Counted from the first letter of the stretch, positions 1-9,769 are shown. The stretch is DNA of 32,000 nucleotides from Dickeya solani IPO 2222 (GCF_001644705.1 NZ_CP015137.1:2100001-2132000), one strand, 5' to 3'. Numbers and translations: made by a program. The notes: generated from the sequence alone by a model not told the origin.

Positions 1-1271
<1,271 letters not shown>

Positions 1272-1291
1272 CGCCTTGATAGGAGGGTGAT

Positions 1292-1714
1292 ATGGCTGCT
1301 ATGACTTACCATCTGGATGTCGTTAGTGCGGAACAGGCAATGTTTTCCGGTCTGGTGCAGAAAATCCAGGTGACCGGTAGCGAAGGCGAACTGGGAATCT
1401 ATCCTGGCCACGCCCCCCTGCTCACGGCCATTAAGCCTGGTATGGTGCGCATTGTTAAACAGCACGGCGAAGAAGAGTATATCTACCTGTCCGGCGGTAT
1501 CCTTGAGGTACAACCGAACATGGTGACCGTGCTGTCCGATACCGCCATCCGTGGGCAGGATCTTGATGAAGCGCGTGCGCTGGAAGCGAAGCGCAAAGCG
1601 GAAGAGCATATCCACAATTCACACGGTGATGTGGATTATGCTCAGGCCTCTGCCGATCTGGCAAAAGCCATTGCCAAGCTGCGCGTCATTGAGCTGACCA
1701 AAAAAGCGATGTAA
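1292..1714 (+). CDS. atpC: ATP synthase F1 epsilon subunit
   Basis: The 140-aa product [50 protein letters not shown]... is near-identical to E. coli AtpC. A GGAGGG SD lies upstream, 20 nt after the atpD stop. Confidence 0.97.
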   Translation: MAAMTYHLDVVSAEQAMFSGLVQKIQVTGSEGELGIYPGHAPLLTAIKPGMVRIVKQHGEEEYIYLSGGILEVQPNMVTVLSDTAIRGQDLDEARALEAKRKAEEHIHNSHGDVDYAQASADLAKAIAKLRVIELTKKAM

Positions 1715-1750
1715 CAGATGCGGATGTAACCATCATGCAGATGTAAAAAA

Positions 1751-1776
1751 GCCAGCTGATTCAGCTGGCTTTTTTT
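1751..1776. terminator. Bidirectional intrinsic terminator shared by convergent atpC and the pectate lyase gene
   Basis: A perfect 8-bp stem gccagctg(1751-1758)/cagctggc(1762-1769) has a 3-nt loop. It is flanked by A6 (1745-1750) and T7 (1770-1776), so a U-tract follows the hairpin on either strand. Two more GC hairpins follow, at 1779-1797 and 1797-1816. Confidence 0.85.
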
Positions 1777-1842
1777 ATGCCCGACACGCCGTCGGGCTGG
1801 TGCTGACGGGCACCAGTTTCGGTGCCCTCTGGTTTATGTCGG

Positions 1843-4047
1843 TTATTTCTTCTTCAGAAAATCGCCCAGTTGCAGATTGCCTTTTTCATCACGGCTGAAG
1901 ACCGCCGGCACGGTGACGGATTGGTAATTCGCCGTCGTGATCTCCTTGCCCTGACTATTGAGCGCACGGTTATTCTTGATGAAGTAGTTGCTGGCGTCCA
2001 CCCGGCCCACCACGGCATCGTCATACTTGCCAGGTTTAGTACGCAGCGAAACGTTGTTTTTGAAAATGCCTTGTTTTTCCGGACCATAATAAGGGCTTGG
2101 GCGGAAGATAAAGTTGAAACGAACGTTATCCAGCGCGATGTTGTTGGAGACTTGCAGCGCGCCTGGGTTGAAGTTATCGCTGAACCCGTCCATGTGGTTG
2201 CCGATAGCGATGCTATTTTTCACCTGATGGGCCACTGGCTGGCCTTCACCCCCCAGTTTAAAGCCGTTGCTGGTGTTGTTGACCGAAATGGAGTTCTCGA
2301 TAACCACAACCCCGTTCGGGCCGTCTTCAATTTTGTTGAACAGGTCGAAACCGTCGTCAACGTTGTCGTGGGAGAACGCGCCGCGAATCACGTTACCTTC
2401 GCCGACGCGCATTTTCACGGCGAAGCCATCCGCATCTTTTTTGCTGGGGTCCTGATTGCTATGTGATTCCGAGTTCAGAATCAGGTTATGGCTGGCCCAC
2501 AGCGGACGACCCACGTTGTCGTTGGAAGAAACCTGAATACCGGTGTTGTCGCAGTGGTGTGCCAGCACACGTTCAATCTGGTTGTGGCTGCCTTCAATAC
2601 GGAAACTTTTTTCCGTGATTTCAACCCCTTTGACTTTCCAGTAGCTGGCGTTGAGCTGCAGGCCGTGGAATACCGCTTTTTTGCCGGTCGGCATCAGCGT
2701 TTTAATACCGTTGGCGTTACCGCTGGCGCTAACCGGAATCACAGTGGCGCTGTAATCGCCGTCCATCAGCCACAGCGTGCCGCCGGCCTGCAGGGCGTTG
2801 ATGGCCGTTTTGATATCCAGCGGCGCATTCTTGCTGCCGTTGTTGTCGGCTTTGCCTTCCGGAGAAACGTACAGATTTTTGGCATCGGTCAGCTTGATTT
2901 TTTCCACGCTGAACGAGGTTTCTTTCGCCGTTTTGTCTTCGCCTTCACCCGGTACGTAAACCAGTTTGAAATCCGATTTGGGCTGCGTCAGCTTCGCGGT
3001 AAGCGAAAAATAATTTCCGGCGCGAATCTGTTGCGGTTTACCGAGCGATTTGCCGTTCTGGAACACGGCAATGGTGCCGTTGTAATTGACCCGCGCCTGT
3101 ACCTGATAGGTGTCGCTGGCGGAGAGCGGTGAAGACGCTACTTGCAACAGCGGCGCATTGGTTTCCGCTTTGAATGGGGCGGAAGGTTTGGTGTTGGCCG
3201 GGCTGGTGGTCAGACTGGCGTTGCTGATGGTGATCTTCGCGTTACGGGAGGCGAAGAACCCCACATAGTAGTGATCCTTGTCCTGACGGGTAACGAGATC
3301 CGCGCTTTTTTCGGTCTTGCTCACCCATTGGTCGCTGCCTTTAGGAGCATACGAGGTGATGAACCCGTCGTCGGTGCGTTCCAGTTTCAGGCGGAAGGTC
3401 GGCGTCTGCTCCAGATTGATTTTTTCCTGATAGCTGGTGCGGGTTATTTTCGCGTTGGTATTGCCCCAAGGCTGCGTAACGCCATCGCGGCTGATAAGCT
3501 GCATCTTCACGTCGGTTTTCGATTTCTTATCCTGCGTCATAATGGCGTTCATCACCATGTTCGATGCCGCCGGAAACTCTTCGTACCCCTCTTTCAATGG
3601 CTCCTGACGCGGTACGCCGAGAATATCGCGCACCAGCAGACCGGCACCTTCCTGTGCGTTGGGTTTGGCGTCGCTTTCCGGGCCGAACTGATCGACCGTC
3701 ACGTCGGATTGCAGCGTGAAATTCACGTTGGCGGGCAACTGGGTGTAGAAGAAGGTCAAACCGTCATGCGTATTGGCGATTTTTCCTCCCCGGCTTTCGA
3801 TAGTAATCGGCGCGGAGAGATCGACCTTGTCATTTGCCGTCAGCTTTTTGCCGTTGATGGTGACATCGTTGACGCCCACCTTGTCCGGCAGAACGTTGGT
3901 CGCGAAATTCACATCCGTGGATTGGCCGAACGCGATGCTGTGCCAGATTGGCGCGGTATCCTGAGTGGCGGCGAAGGCGGTATTGGAACCCAGAAGCAAA
4001 AAAGAATTTAGGGCGACAGAGAGAAGCCCCGAAGCAGCGTATTTCAT
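1843..4047 (-). CDS. pelX: Secreted or periplasmic polysaccharide-lyase family 9 enzyme, exo-pectate (pectate disaccharide) lyase PelX-like
   Basis: The 734-aa ORF has a Sec signal (MKYAASGLLSVALNSFLLLGSNTAFA|ATQ). The C-terminal half has parallel beta-helix repeats with PL9-like segments (SNQDPSKKDADGFAVKMRVGEGNVIRG, HDNVDDGFDLFN, NTSNGFKLGGEG). No GH28 motifs are present. A GGGGA SD lies 5 nt before the ATG, and a KdgR-type operator lies upstream. Size and architecture match my recollection of Dickeya PelX. The symbol is an inference, not an alignment result. Confidence 0.7.
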   Translation of the reverse strand: MKYAASGLLSVALNSFLLLGSNTAFAATQDTAPIWHSIAFGQSTDVNFATNVLPDKVGVNDVTINGKKLTANDKVDLSAPITIESRGGKIANTHDGLTFFYTQLPANVNFTLQSDVTVDQFGPESDAKPNAQEGAGLLVRDILGVPRQEPLKEGYEEFPAASNMVMNAIMTQDKKSKTDVKMQLISRDGVTQPWGNTNAKITRTSYQEKINLEQTPTFRLKLERTDDGFITSYAPKGSDQWVSKTEKSADLVTRQDKDHYYVGFFASRNAKITISNASLTTSPANTKPSAPFKAETNAPLLQVASSPLSASDTYQVQARVNYNGTIAVFQNGKSLGKPQQIRAGNYFSLTAKLTQPKSDFKLVYVPGEGEDKTAKETSFSVEKIKLTDAKNLYVSPEGKADNNGSKNAPLDIKTAINALQAGGTLWLMDGDYSATVIPVSASGNANGIKTLMPTGKKAVFHGLQLNASYWKVKGVEITEKSFRIEGSHNQIERVLAHHCDNTGIQVSSNDNVGRPLWASHNLILNSESHSNQDPSKKDADGFAVKMRVGEGNVIRGAFSHDNVDDGFDLFNKIEDGPNGVVVIENSISVNNTSNGFKLGGEGQPVAHQVKNSIAIGNHMDGFSDNFNPGALQVSNNIALDNVRFNFIFRPSPYYGPEKQGIFKNNVSLRTKPGKYDDAVVGRVDASNYFIKNNRALNSQGKEITTANYQSVTVPAVFSRDEKGNLQLGDFLKKK

Positions 4048-4092
4048 GTTTTCCCCATCATTATTTGTTATTGATCGACGTATTATGTCAAA

Positions 4093-4113
4093 AAATGAAA
4101 CGCTGTTTCTTTT
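4093..4113. promoter_or_regulatory. KdgR-type operator upstream of the pectate lyase gene
   Basis: aaatgaaacgctgtttctttt is an imperfect palindrome (TGAAAC-gc-TGTTTC). It matches the KdgR box consensus AAATGAAACANTGTTTCATTT at all but 2 specified positions, and lies 46-66 nt upstream of the minus-strand ATG at 4047. Confidence 0.65.
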
Positions 4114-4301
4114 GGTTGCTTCACAAACTGAACGGCAGAATTCACCTGATGAAACAATTAGTTTTGTTTTGTTATCCCTGTCTCGATTTTATGAAATAGC
4201 GGTTTGTATTCCTCGCGTGTTTTGTGTCTGAGCACGGTTGGGGAAAAGCGGCGGCAAACGGGTTTCGCATTACCCAAATCCTGCCGGGTTGGGTAAACTC
4301 T

Positions 4302-4369
4302 GATTACTGTATTTTTCAGCCCCGGATTGGCTCTGAGACGTATTTTTCGCTGAAAAATATGTAGTAATC
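4302..4369. promoter_or_regulatory. Nested AT-rich palindromes in the glmU upstream region (candidate NagC-type operators)
   Basis: The tight palindrome tatttttc-gct-gaaaaata (4341-4359) has 8-bp perfect arms. The outer arm gattactgtatttttcag (4302-4319) is repeated inverted as ctgaaaaatatgtagtaatc (4350-4369), identical apart from a short internal gt/acat difference. TATTTTTC therefore occurs 3 times (two direct, one inverted), 75-140 nt upstream of the glmU start. Confidence 0.35.
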
Positions 4370-4442
4370 CGGCGCGATAACGGGTTTACTCTCGTTCGTC
4401 CGCCTTCAGCGGGACACCATTCAGTTTTTAGTCAGGATGCCT

Positions 4443-5813
4443 ATGTCAAACAGTGCTATGAGTGTGGTTATCCTCGCCGCCGGCAAGGGAACCCGCATGT
4501 ATTCCGATCTTCCCAAAGTCCTCCACCCTCTGGCGGGTAAACCCATTGTTCAGCATGTGATCGATGCCGCGATGGAAGTCGGCGCTCGGCGCATTCACCT
4601 GGTTTACGGACATGGCGCGGGCCTAATCCGGGAAACGCTGACGGAAACGTCGCTGAACTGGGTACTACAGGCCGAGCAGTTGGGAACCGGTCATGCGGTG
4701 CAGCAGGCGGCCGACGGTTTTGACGATAACGAAGACATCCTGATTCTTTACGGCGATGTGCCGTTGATCTCCCCTGAAACGCTGCAACGTCTGGTGGCGG
4801 CCAAACCGCAAGGCGGGATTGGTTTGCTGACCGTCAATCTGGCTGACCCCAGCGGTTACGGCCGCATTGTACGGGACAATGGCGAGGTGGTGGGGATTGT
4901 GGAACATAAAGACGCCACCGAACAGCAGCGTGCGATCACCGAAATCAACACCGGCATTCTGGTGGCGGGTGGTCGTGATTTGAAGCGCTGGTTAAGCCAG
5001 CTCAATAATCACAACGTGCAGGGCGAATATTATCTTACCGATATCATCGCCATGGCGTCGCAGGAAGGCCAGCGCGTGGTGGCGGTGCAGCCGTCGCGGC
5101 TGAGCGAAGTGGAAGGCATCAACAACCGGCTGCAACTGGCGACGCTGGAGCGCACTTACCAGCGCGAGCAGGCCGAGCAGTTGTTGCTGGCTGGCGTGAT
5201 GCTGCTGGATCCGGCCCGTTTCGACCTGCGTGGCGAACTAGAGCACGGACGTGATGTGACGATCGATGCCAATGTCATTCTGGAAGGCCGGGTGACGCTG
5301 GGTCATCGGGTTACAATCGGCGCGGGCTGCGTGATCAAAAATAGCGTGATCGGCGATGATTGCGAACTCAGCCCTTACAGCGTGGTGGAAAACGCGGTAC
5401 TGGATGCGCGTTGTACGATTGGCCCGTTCGCCCGCCTGCGCCCCGGCGCGGTGCTGGAAGAGGACGCGCACGTAGGCAACTTCGTCGAATTGAAAAAAGC
5501 GCGTCTTGGTAAAGGATCGAAAGCCGGTCATCTGACCTACCTCGGCGACGCCGATATCGGCGCTGGCGTGAATATCGGCGCGGGCGTCATTACCTGTAAC
5601 TACGATGGCGCCAACAAACACCAGACGGTGATCGGCGACGACGTGTTTGTCGGTTCGGATAGCCAGTTGATTGCGCCGGTTAAGGTGGCCAATGGCGCCA
5701 CCATTGGGGCCGGCACTACGGTAACCCGCAATGTGGGTGAAAACGAGCTGGTCATCGGCCGCGTCAAACAAACCCATATCACCGGCTGGAAACGCCCGGT
5801 GAAGAAAAAATAG
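4443..5813 (+). CDS. glmU: Bifunctional UDP-N-acetylglucosamine pyrophosphorylase / glucosamine-1-phosphate N-acetyltransferase
   Basis: [28 protein letters not shown]... is collinear with E. coli GlmU (456 aa), including the C-terminal left-handed beta-helix hexapeptide repeats. I prefer the ATG at 4443 (AGGA SD at 4434-4437, 5-nt spacing) over the ORF-track ATG at 4437. Confidence 0.95.
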   Translation: MSNSAMSVVILAAGKGTRMYSDLPKVLHPLAGKPIVQHVIDAAMEVGARRIHLVYGHGAGLIRETLTETSLNWVLQAEQLGTGHAVQQAADGFDDNEDILILYGDVPLISPETLQRLVAAKPQGGIGLLTVNLADPSGYGRIVRDNGEVVGIVEHKDATEQQRAITEINTGILVAGGRDLKRWLSQLNNHNVQGEYYLTDIIAMASQEGQRVVAVQPSRLSEVEGINNRLQLATLERTYQREQAEQLLLAGVMLLDPARFDLRGELEHGRDVTIDANVILEGRVTLGHRVTIGAGCVIKNSVIGDDCELSPYSVVENAVLDARCTIGPFARLRPGAVLEEDAHVGNFVELKKARLGKGSKAGHLTYLGDADIGAGVNIGAGVITCNYDGANKHQTVIGDDVFVGSDSQLIAPVKVANGATIGAGTTVTRNVGENELVIGRVKQTHITGWKRPVKKK

Positions 5814-5820
5814 TCTTATC

Positions 5821-5936
5821 CCCCTCGGATGCGGCGATCCACGCTGGCGCGTGGAAAAAATTATCCGAGGGGCTTGAATGCGTCTTGAGATAAGACGGTT
5901 TTGGCCTGCGTTGCGCTGGCGAGCGCAGGCCAAAAC
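5821..5936 (+). other. Cluster of strong RNA hairpins in the glmU-glmS spacer
   Basis: There is a 10-bp stem cccctcggat(5821-5830)/atccgagggg(5863-5872) enclosing a 6-bp stem ccacgc/gcgtgg (5839-5854). A 6-bp stem cgtctt/aagacg spans 5881-5897. A 13-bp perfect stem gttttggcctgcg(5898-5910)/cgcaggccaaaac(5924-5936) follows. The first hairpin begins 8 nt after the glmU stop. Confidence 0.6.
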
Positions 5937-6047
5937 ATAATAATTCCCCATTCTCTACAAGGCTCGGGGAACCCGGAAGAAACCGGAACAATCAGGTCTA
6001 AAGACATCGTGGTGACACAGTATGTCACTTTTACAGGAATACAACCG

Positions 6048-7883
6048 ATGTGTGGAATTGTAGGCGCTGTTGCGCAACGAGATATTGCTGAGATCCTGCT
6101 GGAGGGGCTACGCCGCCTCGAGTACCGTGGTTATGACTCTGCCGGTCTGGCGGTGGTGAATGGCGAAGGACAGGTGTCCCGTCTGCGCCGTCTGGGCAAG
6201 GTGCAGGTGCTGGCGCAGGCGGCGGAAGAACAACCGCTGGTCGGCGGAACCGGTATCGCTCACACCCGCTGGGCGACTCACGGCGAACCGTCCGAACAAA
6301 ATGCTCACCCGCATGTGTCCGGCCACATTATCGTGGTGCACAACGGCATCATTGAGAACCATGAGCCGCTGCGCGAACTGCTGGTGTCCCGTGGTTATCG
6401 TTTTGTTTCCGAAACCGATACCGAAGTGGTGGCGCATCTGGTGCACTGGGAACAGCAGCAGAACGGTGGTTCGCTGTTGGACGTCGTGCAGCGCGTTATC
6501 CCGCAACTGCGCGGCGCGTACGGCATGGTGCTGCTGGATAGCCGTGACCCCAACGTGCTGGTTGCCGCACGTTCCGGCAGCCCGCTGGTGATTGGCCGCG
6601 GCGTGGGCGAAAACTTCATTGCCTCCGACCAATTGGCGCTGCTGCCGGTAACCCGTCGTTTCATCTTCCTGGAAGAGGGTGATCTCGCCGAAGTTACCCG
6701 TCGTACGGTACGTATCGTTAATCGTCAGGGGCAGGACGTTACTCGCGACGAGATTGAATCGAAAGTACAGTACGACGCCGGCGATAAAGGCGCGTACCGT
6801 CACTACATGCAGAAAGAGATCTACGAACAGCCGATGGCGATCAAAAACACCCTGGAAGGGCGTTTCAACCACGGTGAGATCAACCTGTCCGAACTCGGCC
6901 CGCAAGCCGATGCGTTGCTGGCAAAAGTCCAGCATATCCAGATTATCGCCTGCGGTACGTCTTATAACTCCGGCATGGTGTCGCGCTACTGGTTCGAGTC
7001 GCTGGCGGGGATTCCGTGCGACGTGGAAATCGCGTCGGAATTCCGTTACCGCAAACCGGCGGTGCGCGCCAACAGCCTGATGATTACCCTGTCCCAGTCC
7101 GGCGAAACCGCCGACACACTGGCGGCATTGCGTTTGTCGAAAGAGCTGGGATATCTGGGCTCGCTGGCGATTTGCAACGTGGCGGGTTCATCGCTGGTGC
7201 GCGAGTCGGATCTGGCGCTGATGACCCGCGCCGGTACTGAAATCGGCGTGGCGTCCACCAAGGCGTTCACCACCCAATTGACGGTGCTGCTGATGCTGGT
7301 GGCGCGAATTGGTCGTCTGCGCGGTATGGATGCCCGTATCGAACACGATATCGTGCATGCGTTGCAGGCGTTGCCGGCGCGTATCGAACAGATGCTGTCG
7401 CAAGACAAGCTGATTGAATCGCTGGCGGAAGGCTTCTCCGACAAACACCACGCCTTGTTCCTCGGTCGTGGCGACCAGTATCCGATTGCGATGGAAGGGG
7501 CGCTCAAGCTCAAGGAAATCTCTTATATCCATGCGGAAGCCTATGCGGCGGGTGAACTGAAACACGGCCCGCTGGCGCTGATCGACGCGGATATGCCGGT
7601 GGTAGTGGTGGCGCCCAACAACGACCTGCTGGAAAAACTGAAATCCAACATCGAAGAAGTCCGCGCCCGCGGCGGCGAACTCTACGTGTTTGCCGACGAA
7701 CAGGCCGGTTTCACTTCCGATAGCGACATGATGAAGATTATCCAGCTGCCGCACGTGGAAGAAGTGATTGCACCGATCTTCTACACCGTGCCGTTGCAAC
7801 TGCTGTCTTACCATGTGGCGCTGATCAAAGGCACCGACGTTGACCAGCCGCGTAACCTGGCGAAATCGGTGACGGTGGAGTAA
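6048..7883 (+). CDS. glmS: Glutamine--fructose-6-phosphate aminotransferase (isomerizing)
   Basis: [37 protein letters not shown]...[13 protein letters not shown] (611 aa) is collinear with E. coli GlmS. The N-terminal Cys2 nucleophile fixes the start at the ATG at 6048, so the upstream 49 codons in the ORF track are spurious. Confidence 0.97.
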   Translation: MCGIVGAVAQRDIAEILLEGLRRLEYRGYDSAGLAVVNGEGQVSRLRRLGKVQVLAQAAEEQPLVGGTGIAHTRWATHGEPSEQNAHPHVSGHIIVVHNGIIENHEPLRELLVSRGYRFVSETDTEVVAHLVHWEQQQNGGSLLDVVQRVIPQLRGAYGMVLLDSRDPNVLVAARSGSPLVIGRGVGENFIASDQLALLPVTRRFIFLEEGDLAEVTRRTVRIVNRQGQDVTRDEIESKVQYDAGDKGAYRHYMQKEIYEQPMAIKNTLEGRFNHGEINLSELGPQADALLAKVQHIQIIACGTSYNSGMVSRYWFESLAGIPCDVEIASEFRYRKPAVRANSLMITLSQSGETADTLAALRLSKELGYLGSLAICNVAGSSLVRESDLALMTRAGTEIGVASTKAFTTQLTVLLMLVARIGRLRGMDARIEHDIVHALQALPARIEQMLSQDKLIESLAEGFSDKHHALFLGRGDQYPIAMEGALKLKEISYIHAEAYAAGELKHGPLALIDADMPVVVVAPNNDLLEKLKSNIEEVRARGGELYVFADEQAGFTSDSDMMKIIQLPHVEEVIAPIFYTVPLQLLSYHVALIKGTDVDQPRNLAKSVTVE

Positions 7884-7910
7884 GTTTTCTCCTTCGTCGC
7901 TGATCCTTTC

Positions 7911-7956
7911 TCCGTACCCTGTTTTATGACGTAAGCGGTCATTTCCAGGGTACGGA
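7911..7956 (+). other. Long hairpin in the glmS 3' UTR
   Basis: An 11-bp perfect stem tccgtaccctg(7911-7921)/cagggtacgga(7946-7956) has a loop containing an inner 5-bp stem atgac/gtcat (7926-7942). It starts 28 nt after the glmS stop. Confidence 0.55.
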
Positions 7957-7966
7957 ACCTACTAAA

Positions 7967-7994
7967 AGCGGGCTGTTGCCAGCCCGCTTTTTTC
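7967..7994 (+). terminator. Rho-independent terminator of glmUS
   Basis: A 9-bp stem agcgggctg(7967-7975)/cagcccgct(7980-7988) has the loop ttgc and is followed by a T-run. Confidence 0.9.
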
Positions 7995-8170
7995 TCTTCT
8001 AAAAGCCTATTTTTGAGACATTAATCAGTTAGTTTTCTGATAACTTTTGTCAATTTGTGCCTGTTTTGTGTAATATAACTTCAATGATGCGCACCTTCTG
8101 CTCGTCGTATCTGGAGCTGATCATCGATTTTTCAGGCAGCTCAACAGTTGATTTTATTGACAGGGACTCT

Positions 8171-8557
8171 ATGAAAAAGCAGCACTTTTTAGCAAGTATG
8201 GTTTGTGTTTTGGCATTGGCGGGTTGTGCACGTACTGCACCGGTAATGAATGCCACGACGCCGATTGCCGGAAACTACACTGCTGATCAGGTTAAAATTG
8301 CTATTTTGCAGGCGGGTTTGCAGCGCAAATGGGTGATGACGCCGGTTGCTCCTGGCGTAATTAATGGTCGTATTGATGATCGTGGTCATTCGGCGGATAT
8401 TCGAATTAATTACACGCCGAGCAACTATACGATCAACTATGTTAACAGTTATAACCTGAAAGCTGACGACGGCAAGATTCATAAAACCTATAACCGTTGG
8501 GTAACTAATCTGGACCACGAAATTCAATTGAGACTGGCTTCCCAGCAAATCAAATAA
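8171..8557 (+). CDS. Small predicted lipoprotein of unknown function
   Basis: The 128-aa product MKKQHFLASMVCVLALAG|CARTAP carries a classic lipobox (LAGC). An AGGGA SD lies 4 nt upstream of the ATG at 8171. The gene is AT-rich. I recognise no catalytic motif. The ORF-track start at 8057 adds a non-signal-like extension. Confidence 0.7.
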   Translation: MKKQHFLASMVCVLALAGCARTAPVMNATTPIAGNYTADQVKIAILQAGLQRKWVMTPVAPGVINGRIDDRGHSADIRINYTPSNYTINYVNSYNLKADDGKIHKTYNRWVTNLDHEIQLRLASQQIK

Positions 8558-8636
8558 CAATATGAGCTGAATAGTTTTTATTATTCGACTCTGATTTTTT
8601 TATAAATAAAATTTCTTTTTTTTCAGGGAATTAATT

Positions 8637-9704
8637 TTGCTTCACGGATATGATCAGGATAATGTCAGTGCGCTGGATGCAATAACAGAAGCGCAACGAA
8701 TCGCTTTTGCTCCCATTTTGTTTCAGGCGGCAGTTAATCTTCGGAATCACGGTATTCTGAGTTTTCTGGATGAATGCGGCAATAAGGGCGCTGAGCTTGA
8801 TGATATTGTTGCCGTGACGGATTTGGATCGCTATGCGGTAGAAATTTTACTGGATGCCGGTCTAAGCGGGCGGATGCTGATCAGGAAAGATGCGCGCTAT
8901 TTTATTGCCAAAACGGGTCATTATCTCATTCATGACAGAATGACGCGTATCAACATGGATTTTACGCAGGATGTTTGCTATCAAGCCATGTTTCATCTCG
9001 ATGAATCGCTGAAACAGAAAAAACCGGTTGGCTTACAGGTTTTTGGTCACTGGTCGACAATTTATCCGGCACTTAGTCAATTACCTCGGAAAGTGAAAGA
9101 AAGTTGGTTCGCTTTCGATCATTTTTATTCTGATGCCGCATTTACTGCGGTATTACCTTACGTGTTCCAACATAAACCCGTGCAGCTTTATGACGTTGGT
9201 GGAAATACGGGTAAATGGGCGATGTGTTGCCGCGATTACGATCAGGATGTGCGAATTACTATCCTTGATTTACCGGAACAGATTGCTTTATCGACAAAGG
9301 CTGTGGAGTTGGCAGGGAAAACGGACCGAATTTCCGGGGTCGCCGTCGATATGCTTTCCGATGGCCCATTGCCGACGGATGCGGATATCTGGTGGATGAG
9401 CCAGTTTCTGGATTGCTTTAGCGAAGAACAGATCGTCCGGATTTTGACGCGGATCGCTCAGTCTATGAAAGCGGATGCCCGAGTTTGTATCCTGGAAATA
9501 TTCTGGGATCGTCAGCCTTGGGAAGCGGGTGCGTTTAGTCTGAATATGGCGTCGCTGTATTTTACCTGTCTGGCCAATGGGTACAGCCGCTTTTATGCGG
9601 CAAGCCGTTTTTTGCCGTTATTGCAGCAAGCGGGACTTTATATCGAACAGCAGGTTGATGGGTTGGGAGTCGGCCATACCTTGCTGGTTTGTAAGAAAAA
9701 ATGA
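8637..9704 (+). CDS. apeB: Class I SAM-dependent (O-methyltransferase-family fold) methyltransferase of the aryl polyene cluster
   Basis: The 355-aa product has an N-terminal winged-helix or dimerisation-like region, then SAM motif I LYDVGGNTGKWA and an acidic-loop ILDLP. It starts at a TTG (8637) with an AGGGA SD 7 nt upstream. Its position directly precedes the CLF gene, as in the Xenorhabdus/E. coli APE clusters. Confidence 0.8.
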   Translation: MLHGYDQDNVSALDAITEAQRIAFAPILFQAAVNLRNHGILSFLDECGNKGAELDDIVAVTDLDRYAVEILLDAGLSGRMLIRKDARYFIAKTGHYLIHDRMTRINMDFTQDVCYQAMFHLDESLKQKKPVGLQVFGHWSTIYPALSQLPRKVKESWFAFDHFYSDAAFTAVLPYVFQHKPVQLYDVGGNTGKWAMCCRDYDQDVRITILDLPEQIALSTKAVELAGKTDRISGVAVDMLSDGPLPTDADIWWMSQFLDCFSEEQIVRILTRIAQSMKADARVCILEIFWDRQPWEAGAFSLNMASLYFTCLANGYSRFYAASRFLPLLQQAGLYIEQQVDGLGVGHTLLVCKKK

Positions 9705-9769
9705 GGCGTTATGGTAATTCGCAAGGAATAATCCGCGTGTTTTAACGCAATGATTCGGAATACACGGGT

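Noticed and set aside
1822-4011. Three + strand ORFs (214, 214 and 289 aa) opposite the pectate lyase gene.
   Set aside because: Together they tile the antisense of one continuous 734-aa ORF that has a signal peptide, an SD and PL9-like motifs. No independent evidence supports them.
4149-4170. A second TGAAAC...GTTTTG pair (tgaaacaattagttttg) as a possible second KdgR box.
   Set aside because: The half-sites are separated by a longer spacer than in the KdgR consensus (5 nt between the GAAAC and GTTTT cores, against 3 nt in the accepted box at 4093-4113), and the right half is degenerate. It is not supportable without a PWM score.
5901-6047. A 49-codon N-terminal extension of glmS in the ORF track.
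   Set aside because: GlmS requires Cys as residue 2 (MCGIVG) after Met removal. The extension runs through the 13-bp hairpin and has no SD. The ATG at 6048 has an AGGA SD.
6048-7883. A glmS ribozyme or riboswitch.
   Set aside because: The glmS ribozyme is a feature of Gram-positive bacteria. Enterobacteria use GlmY/GlmZ sRNA control, and nothing resembling the ribozyme core was seen upstream of glmS.
7884-8170. A Tn7-like or CRISPR-associated transposon right end expected just downstream of glmS.
   Set aside because: I could recognise no terminal TGT-type end with repeated ~22-bp TnsB sites. There are no tns genes, cas genes or CRISPR repeats anywhere in the window. The sequence is instead explained by the glmS 3' hairpin, the terminator and a promoter-like AT-rich stretch. 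A profile search would still be needed to exclude a decayed end.
8057-8170. Upstream extensions suggested by the ORF track for the lipoprotein (8057). The same issue applies to apeD (10458), apeI (13733), apeN (19181), apeO (19860), phoU (30299) and the DGC (25897).
   Set aside because: In each case an internal ATG with an SD, a signal peptide or lipobox, or a stop/start overlap with the upstream gene (or alignment to the E. coli orthologue) gives a better start. The extensions overlap the preceding gene or add non-homologous residues.
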